A stretch of DNA of 64,000 nucleotides from Bacilli bacterium (lineage in GTDB: Bacteria; Bacillota_I; Bacilli_A; ML615J-28; CAG-313): positions 118,814 to 182,813 of the forward strand of contig JAZNQD010000009.1 in the NCBI GenBank assembly GCA_045589955.1. The letters are read 5' to 3'. Every line of letters starts with the position of its first letter. Positions within the stretch are counted from its first letter, which is position 1. A program made the translations under genes and the position numbers. The notes beneath the pieces were generated by a model that ran no database searches, had not been told where the DNA came from, and was given only the letters and a program-made list of their open reading frames with translations. Below are positions 57,595-64,000 of this stretch, piece by piece.

Positions 57595-59613
57595 TTAATT
57601 AACTCCTTTTAATGGGGCATAATAGCAATAGTTAATTGTACCTACACCTTGAATGTTAATTACTCTACCTTTATCAATAATAGCAGTTGCAGAACAAATT
57701 TTAGATTGTGTATTTGTATTATCATTTCGGCTAATCCAATCACCAGATTTTTTATCAATAATACTAGCTACACAATTTCCTGTAGATTGAGCTGAGATAT
57801 GTACAAAGCAATCATAAGGGGCTGTCCAATCTAACGCAGTTCCAGAAGTAATATTAATGCTCACCTTGGAATCATAGTCTGGTATGCCCCAACCGACAAC
57901 CGTTTCTCTGTCAGCAGAACTATTCTTCATAATTGCGTTGGTAAGCACATTACTAGCAGCGATAACATTTGCATCTTGAATAGTTTCACCAACGTAGAAG
58001 TAGAGTGAACCATTACCCTTACAAACTGTATAACTTATGTAGGTGTATGAATTACCTCCTTCACTGTGAACCAATGTTCCTTTTGGCAATACTGGAGATG
58101 TGTACACATTATACCCGGTATCATGTTGCCATAAAGTAAAAGTTTTTCCATCTGGTCTTGTCACAAGAACTTTAGCGTCATCAGACCCACTTTCGCTGTA
58201 ACCAGTGCACCACACAATAGCATTACAAGGTAACGTAAAGTCAGTACCCCAAGTTTTTCCTATATCTGTATTTGATATTTTATCTTCACTACCATTTAAT
58301 AACGGCAATCTGAACGTTGTATCTGCTGTATTGATAACATAATCATAGTCATCATAGGTATCTGTACTGACTTTAACAGAAACACCCTTGACAATTTCAG
58401 TTCCATTGTAAATCTTTAACAACCATTCATAAAAGCTTACATAAATTGCTCCGCTATGAAAAGAGCCATTAGAGATCAACCAAGAAGCGTTGTTAGGCTC
58501 GCTTTCAAAGTATTGCGACATACCTAAAAAGAATGGATTATTAAGCTCAATCTCGCGAGTTATATCAACACTGTCTTCTGAACCCTTGGCCACTTGGATA
58601 AAGTATGGGTATTGGATAGCTTCTTGTTGAACAGGAGCATTGTCTTGGTAGGTTGATGAACTGCGGGAAGCGTCAAACTTCATTTTATAACCAGAACCGC
58701 TTGCTCCACTAACATAATTTGACACAAACTGTTCATCTATATAAAAAGCACCTGTCCTTTCACCCCCAGAGGCATAGCCCGCTGTTTCTCTTGGGGTAAA
58801 ACTACCAGTAATATTCGGTAAACTCTCAGTCTTAGTACTTCCCATCAAAGCTAAATCTTGTAAACCATTAATATTTATAACTTTAGGCAAACGGATAGTA
58901 CCGGCTTCATCATCAATCACAAATTTACCGCATTGTCCTAAGACTGAATTTGTTACTTCAGCTTGCCAATTTTCTTCTGTTGCTGCAAGGTTAGGGTTTA
59001 ATTGAATAACAGCTTTAATTCTATCTGTGAAAGATACGAATTGTGATTGACTAATGACTTGACCGTTTAAATAGCGTCTTTTATTTTGTGTTTCATCGAT
59101 TCCAAAAGGCGCAATACCAATATCACCAATTTCTAAACCACCAGAACTTTCACCTGAAATATCAATTACACCGTCTTTAGTAAAATAAACTGTATTTTCA
59201 TCTTTTGTTTCAACAGCTTCATAATCTTCTTCTGAACCTAACCATAATTTAATATTAGCGTTCGGATCATTTTGGTTTATGAGTGAAATAGCTTGTAGTG
59301 TATTTTCTGCAGTTTTTATAATTGTTTGATCGTCTGGAGTACCTGCTTTTGCTAATTCTTGTTGTAAATCGGTTTGTTCTGCGATATTACCTGTAATTTT
59401 ACCCCATTCTGGTTTTGTTTGAGTATTACTGATTACGCCGTCTACAATTTCTATACCTGTACCAGCACTTAACTTAGATTGTACATTTAAATCGTCAAGA
59501 GTTATTTCTCCTGATAATTCAATACCATCAATTTTAGGCTTATTTTCTAGTAAATCATAATTGCGTGTACCTTGCGTATTGGCTATGATTTGTTTACCTT
59601 GTCTAATGGTCAT
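57595..59613 (-). CDS. tail fibre / receptor-binding protein, paralog 2
   Basis: 672 aa. Extra ~155 aa N-terminal region, shared core, divergent C-terminus ending PLKGVN. Confidence 0.65.
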   Translation of the reverse strand: MTIRQGKQIIANTQGTRNYDLLENKPKIDGIELSGEITLDDLNVQSKLSAGTGIEIVDGVISNTQTKPEWGKITGNIAEQTDLQQELAKAGTPDDQTIIKTAENTLQAISLINQNDPNANIKLWLGSEEDYEAVETKDENTVYFTKDGVIDISGESSGGLEIGDIGIAPFGIDETQNKRRYLNGQVISQSQFVSFTDRIKAVIQLNPNLAATEENWQAEVTNSVLGQCGKFVIDDEAGTIRLPKVININGLQDLALMGSTKTESLPNITGSFTPRETAGYASGGERTGAFYIDEQFVSNYVSGASGSGYKMKFDASRSSSTYQDNAPVQQEAIQYPYFIQVAKGSEDSVDITREIELNNPFFLGMSQYFESEPNNASWLISNGSFHSGAIYVSFYEWLLKIYNGTEIVKGVSVKVSTDTYDDYDYVINTADTTFRLPLLNGSEDKISNTDIGKTWGTDFTLPCNAIVWCTGYSESGSDDAKVLVTRPDGKTFTLWQHDTGYNVYTSPVLPKGTLVHSEGGNSYTYISYTVCKGNGSLYFYVGETIQDANVIAASNVLTNAIMKNSSADRETVVGWGIPDYDSKVSINITSGTALDWTAPYDCFVHISAQSTGNCVASIIDKKSGDWISRNDNTNTQSKICSATAIIDKGRVINIQGVGTINYCYYAPLKGVN

Positions 59614-59650
59614 TTGTTAATATTCCTTACCTAATATATAAACTAATTTA

Positions 59651-59657
59651 TAGAACT
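59651..59657 (-). promoter_or_regulatory. AGTTCTA motif (minus orientation) about 45 nt upstream of the 59613 start
   Basis: Plus-strand tttatagaactttt is the reverse complement of aaaagttctataaa. Confidence 0.3.
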
Positions 59658-59716
59658 TTTAAGAATGTGATTAAAGCTATGATTTAGTGATTATCTAACA
59701 CTATTGATAAATACAT

Positions 59717-60592
59717 TTACTTAAATTGATATAATGTAGATGATCCATTGCATATCGTCGGTATAGCGATAAGTGTATTTGTTGTTTGAGCGACTTGTGG
59801 GGTTAATTTAGTTATATTTCCAGATGCGGTTGTAAATTCAGCTATTTTAGTATAAGGCCAATATTCTGAATTTTCAAAATTAAAGTTTGTAGCTCTATCA
59901 TAAGAATATACGCGTATACCAGATGTTTTTGTACCATCGAATCCTAAAATATAATTGTTGTTACCATATGAGCTTAAATCACGAATTACAATATCATTAG
60001 CTGTCCAATTAATGTTTTTATAAATCGTTCCATCATAACCGTTTGGTATTAAGCCTTTAGTACCAGATATTAAGAAAACTGCACCACCGAGATACCCACA
60101 CCAATCAAATACTTGTTTTACTTTACTAAATTTTTCTTCTGAATTACCTTCTACAATACCGAGTGGAAAGCTGTATTGTCTTGTCCATGTTGTGCCACTG
60201 GCTGGTGAGTACATTATTTTATTTTCAGTCAAATTAAAATGTACTTGACTTTCGCCTTTAATACCTGCAATACTGCCAGTTGATGATGATGTTTCTGCTA
60301 TTAATATTGTTGAAATACGGTCTTCTTCTGGGTGATAAAATACAAAATAATCACCAGCAGCATCGTTAGTCGCCGCTCTAGTACAATCTACAGTATTTTG
60401 ATGCTTTTCAAATGTATTTGCTCCGTTTGGTCTATAAAAAACACTATTTGCGTGTAAAGTTAATACACCCTCTGCATTTACACTTAAATTTATTGTTTTT
60501 GGTGTATAGGTAAAGCAATTCGTTCTTCCAGGACAGAAAAACACACTATATTCACTATCTTTTATTTTGTTTTGACCTATATAGAGAGGCAT
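59717..60592 (-). CDS. receptor-binding-protein-like body domain (homologous to the C-terminal part of 61152..62456)
   Basis: Shares the GTKGLIPNGYDG / PGIKGLIPNG motif with the 61152 ORF. SD AAGGAA. Confidence 0.5.
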   Translation of the reverse strand: MPLYIGQNKIKDSEYSVFFCPGRTNCFTYTPKTINLSVNAEGVLTLHANSVFYRPNGANTFEKHQNTVDCTRAATNDAAGDYFVFYHPEEDRISTILIAETSSSTGSIAGIKGESQVHFNLTENKIMYSPASGTTWTRQYSFPLGIVEGNSEEKFSKVKQVFDWCGYLGGAVFLISGTKGLIPNGYDGTIYKNINWTANDIVIRDLSSYGNNNYILGFDGTKTSGIRVYSYDRATNFNFENSEYWPYTKIAEFTTASGNITKLTPQVAQTTNTLIAIPTICNGSSTLYQFK

Positions 60593-60594
60593 TA

Positions 60595-60783
60595 TTATTC
60601 CTTCACAAAATAAAATATGCCTTCAACAGGATTTTCTGGCAAAGCCTCTACGATTTGAAATCTTGCATTTATGATTTCATTAATAGAAGTATCTATATTG
60701 GTTAAATCTGATCGGGCTAATGTATCTACGAAAGATAAACTCTCTCCATCAGAATTTATTTTTAACGATTTGATTTCAGTCAT
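60595..60783 (-). CDS. stand-alone N-terminal anchor-like module (homologous to the N-terminus of 61152..62456)
   Basis: MTEIKSLKINSDGESLSFVDTLARSDL; the 61152 ORF starts MAGIKSLKIGNTGEPLEFIDQVSRTQI. Separated from the 59717 ORF by TAATAATG. Confidence 0.45.
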   Translation of the reverse strand: MTEIKSLKINSDGESLSFVDTLARSDLTNIDTSINEIINARFQIVEALPENPVEGIFYFVKE

Positions 60784-60791
60784 GGCAGTAT

Positions 60792-61142
60792 TTATTCTTT
60801 ATACGGAAATCTCTCTTTTATCTCGGCCACTTTATTTTGAATGGCTTTTATAAGTTCTTCTTCTTCACCCTCTTCAAACAAGTTAAAAGTCTTTTTACGG
60901 TTATATTCTGACATAAGAGGGTCAACTTCACGAGCATAAACAATGGCACGAGATTGTTTTATTTCTTCTATTTGTTGTTCGTAAGGTACCTCACAAACAT
61001 ATTCTCCATTGTGTAAGAAATATGTCTTATCGGTTTCTTCTATTCTATCTAAATGAAGACCTATTACTCTTGTTAATTTTGATAATTGTTCTCTATTGTC
61101 AGCTACTAAAGCTATTTTATCGTTTTGATAACCTAAAAGCAT
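60792..61142 (-). CDS. hypothetical protein
   Basis: 116 aa. SD AGGAAA. Confidence 0.45.
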   Translation of the reverse strand: MLLGYQNDKIALVADNREQLSKLTRVIGLHLDRIEETDKTYFLHNGEYVCEVPYEQQIEEIKQSRAIVYAREVDPLMSEYNRKKTFNLFEEGEEEELIKAIQNKVAEIKERFPYKE

Positions 61143-61151
61143 TTTCGTTTC

Positions 61152-62456
61152 CTATGAGCTAAACTCTATTTTTGTGGCGTATATAATATGACAACCATAT
61201 ACATCTGATGAATCAAGATTATGATTAAATGTAAATTTTGTTCCTCTTTTTATTGGTAAAAATATACTTTGTCTATATTCCCCTTTTTTTTCGGAAGATA
61301 TAACAGTATCATAATGATTAGTAGCACCTGATAATTCATTACCTATAGTTTGTAATTGAATATATTTGTTTTCTGAACCATTTACAGATACATAAATCCA
61401 ACAATCTTCATTTGCAGTATATATAGTTCCTGATGAACCTATACTAAAATAGTTAAAATATTCTGAAGGCATAGATAAACCATTTACATTGTTTTGTTCT
61501 AATGCCGTGAATGGGTATTTAATGTACAAATAATCTAAATTATATTGGTCATCATATTTTTCATAAACAGCATCTCCGATATAAACACCTTGATATGTTC
61601 TATTTGTAAAAAGGGTGTTCATGTTTAAATTATGTGAAACATTATAAAGATGGTTAGTGGCACCTGCTAAAATTATATCATCATTTGATAAGAATATTTT
61701 TACTTTTGTATAACCTGATGGTGATGATTTAACTAATACTTTTTCAATATTTAATATGTCATTTTTTAATGTACCATCTTCGTTTCTACCATTAGGTATT
61801 AATCCTTTTATACCTGGTGTTACAAAAATTGTATTTCCAAAATGACATACTCCCCTATCAAATAAATCATTTCTTGATGGTATTTGTGAAAATTTATTGC
61901 TTGCGTTACCGATGCAAATTGCTAATGGTAACGAATATGTTCCGATGGATGATTCACTGTTTTCTTTACGAATAATATTAAGAGATTCGTTATAATATAA
62001 CATATTAGTATGTATTTCCGTATCCGAACCACTCAAACAATTAAAAAAAAGAGTACTCTTTATTGACCATTCGTTGTTTTCATTATATAAATACAAAACA
62101 TAATAATCATTATTTCCAATGGAACTAATTGATAAATCGTTTTCCGTGACAATCACATCGAACTTTGGAGTTGTACCATCTTCTTCAAATCCATTGGGAA
62201 CATAAACTTTACTACCCGCTTTCAAAGTTAAAGTACCATTGCTGAGCTCAAATTTAATATCACGTGGAATTTCTGTTATGCAGTTAGTAATATTGGTGTA
62301 ATTAACAGCTGTTGCAATGTCCTGTTTGATATCTAATGAGGTATCAATGCTTTCGACTTGCTCACGTGTTTCTTCAATTTGTGTACGTGATACTTGGTCT
62401 ATAAATTCTAATGGTTCGCCTGTATTACCTATTTTTAATGATTTTATACCAGCCAT
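61152..62456 (-). CDS. receptor-binding / tail-spike-like protein
   Basis: 434 aa. N-terminal IKSLKI module fused to a body homologous to 59717..60592. SD AAGGAA, encoded in the last codons of the upstream gene. Confidence 0.55.
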   Translation of the reverse strand: MAGIKSLKIGNTGEPLEFIDQVSRTQIEETREQVESIDTSLDIKQDIATAVNYTNITNCITEIPRDIKFELSNGTLTLKAGSKVYVPNGFEEDGTTPKFDVIVTENDLSISSIGNNDYYVLYLYNENNEWSIKSTLFFNCLSGSDTEIHTNMLYYNESLNIIRKENSESSIGTYSLPLAICIGNASNKFSQIPSRNDLFDRGVCHFGNTIFVTPGIKGLIPNGRNEDGTLKNDILNIEKVLVKSSPSGYTKVKIFLSNDDIILAGATNHLYNVSHNLNMNTLFTNRTYQGVYIGDAVYEKYDDQYNLDYLYIKYPFTALEQNNVNGLSMPSEYFNYFSIGSSGTIYTANEDCWIYVSVNGSENKYIQLQTIGNELSGATNHYDTVISSEKKGEYRQSIFLPIKRGTKFTFNHNLDSSDVYGCHIIYATKIEFSS

Positions 62457-62460
62457 TTAT

Positions 62461-64000
62461 TTATTCCTTGATGAGCTCTACAGTTAAATTACCTTCTGCA
62501 TCAACGCTCGTAGTTAAATGCATATTATTTATAATATCTTGCAAATCTGCTATTTGATTAGTAAGAGAAGCGATCATATTATTAACTTCGTCTTTAGTAT
62601 ACAAACCTAATTCAGATGGTGTTTTGTTTCCAACTAATTCAACGCCGGCAACAGATGGTTTATTTTTTAATTGATTATAATCGTCAGTAAAGACGCCATC
62701 TGACGCATCATCGTCCGTAACAAAATATGTAATTGAGTCATTGTATTCACCTAACGCTTCGTATTCTGCGAGTGTGCCTTTCCATAAAGAAGCGTTGATA
62801 TAGTTACTAGAAGTTACTACATTATCTGGAGTATCTACTATTTTGGCATCTACTTCTTCTTTAGTATAAATTGTATCTTTTAAGTATTGTACGTTAGGGA
62901 TACTTTTATTTGTTGTTACCTGTAAATGTTCTGGTCCGATTAATTCAGCGTTAACAGAAGCAATATCAAATTTAAGAGTAGTTTTTGTATTTGTAACTTC
63001 AGCCGAAATTGCAGCTTCTGCTAACTCTGTTTGTGGATTTATGAATGAAAGTGTACCAATGTTAGCATATTGTTCAGTGTCACCGGATTCACCAGATTCA
63101 TTGATGTCAGCTATATTTAATTTAATATTAACAGCATCACTTATTGTTTGTGGTACTATAAATTCATTGTCTTTATTTGTTTTAGCAAACACTGAGGTAT
63201 CTGTATCGTTTAAGAATAATTCGTTTGCTTCATCTTTAGTATATACGTCTGATTTATTAGCTTTTGTATTAAGTAAAATGTTTACTTCTTGCTTATCGGC
63301 TTTAGTATTAAGTGAAGTATCGATTTCTTCTTTTGTATATGTGTTTGCAATGCCAGTTTCTAAAGCGTTTAATTTATCTGCGGTGATAGTAGAATTAACG
63401 GCTTCTAATTGTTCAGCAGTTAACTTGTCTTGTTTAGTGTTTAAAGCATTATCAATTTCAACTGTATTGTAAGCGTCAGTAATGCCATAACCTGCTAAAG
63501 TATCGGCTTGAGTAGCTTTAGTTGCAATTTCTGTATTTAATTCTTCTAAGTTTGTATTTACAGATGCTAACAGATTATCTACTTCATCTTTAGTGTATGC
63601 GTTTTCAATACCATAACCTAAAAGAGTAGTAGCATTATCAGCTTTTGTTAATTTTAAAGTTTCTATTTCTTGGTTAGTGGTATTGAGATTTGTTTGAAGA
63701 GTGTCAATATTAGTATTTGTATTTGCTAATTGCTTTACTACAACTACACTAGTTTCAGATGTACCTTCTGTTATTTCTTCGTCTGTTGCTAATTTTGTTA
63801 AACCCAAAACGCTTGTGGTTGCTGCTGGTATTTCTTTCCAATTTGCTACTGTGCCATCTGTAGTTAAGAATTTGCCTTCATTTCCTGGTTGAAGTGGTAA
63901 AGAATCTTTTTCTGCAATTTTTACATCAACTTCGCTCTTAGTATAGGCATCAGTAATATTATAACCAGCGAGTGTTGTTGCTTTATCTGCTTTTTCATCG
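62461..64000 (-). CDS. fibrous tail protein with ~35-aa tandem repeats, N-terminus beyond window end
   Basis: Open frame continues upstream of the track's TTG start at 63807 to the window edge. Three or more repeats TL[AL]GYGI.[DN]AY[TN]K.EVD, plus repeated TK[AQ][DN]K motifs. Confidence 0.6.
   Translation of the reverse strand, partial: DEKADKATTLAGYNITDAYTKSEVDVKIAEKDSLPLQPGNEGKFLTTDGTVANWKEIPAATTSVLGLTKLATDEEITEGTSETSVVVVKQLANTNTNIDTLQTNLNTTNQEIETLKLTKADNATTLLGYGIENAYTKDEVDNLLASVNTNLEELNTEIATKATQADTLAGYGITDAYNTVEIDNALNTKQDKLTAEQLEAVNSTITADKLNALETGIANTYTKEEIDTSLNTKADKQEVNILLNTKANKSDVYTKDEANELFLNDTDTSVFAKTNKDNEFIVPQTISDAVNIKLNIADINESGESGDTEQYANIGTLSFINPQTELAEAAISAEVTNTKTTLKFDIASVNAELIGPEHLQVTTNKSIPNVQYLKDTIYTKEEVDAKIVDTPDNVVTSSNYINASLWKGTLAEYEALGEYNDSITYFVTDDDASDGVFTDDYNQLKNKPSVAGVELVGNKTPSELGLYTKDEVNNMIASLTNQIADLQDIINNMHLTTSVDAEGNLTVELIKE

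Overview
AT-rich window (roughly 30% GC, by eye) from a large tailed dsDNA phage, densely coded with many overlapping or coupled genes. Recognisable phage genes are the T4-type SbcD/SbcC (gp47/gp46-like) recombination nuclease, a ClpP-family protease, a glutaredoxin-like protein, GroES and GroEL chaperonins, a gp20-like portal, a GH19 endolysin, a tandem AAA+ ATPase and a cluster of tail-fibre / receptor-binding genes. Strong Shine-Dalgarno sites (AAGGAG, GGAGG) point to a low-GC Gram-positive-type host. The notable part is an accessory island of about 25 kb (3157..27862) carrying 14 radical-SAM genes in three sub-families. They form two divergent operons that meet at 18210..18274. The island also holds a NodU/CmcH-type carbamoyltransferase, two PLP-fold-like paralogs, and five paralogous 180-230 aa proteins. 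Three of those five end in Ser/Cys(/His)-rich tails; two tails are near-identical poly-Ser runs ending ...CSSSSSTFIAYMDI. I read this as a phage-encoded radical-SAM protein or peptide maturation (RiPP-like) system whose substrates are the tailed proteins, but that is a hypothesis. A 7-mer, AGTTCTA, recurs upstream of operon-initial genes on both strands. ORF starts follow the supplied track, which translates TTG/GTG as M; where I checked I moved the start to the nearest SD-supported ATG. Coordinates may be off by 1 nt in places.
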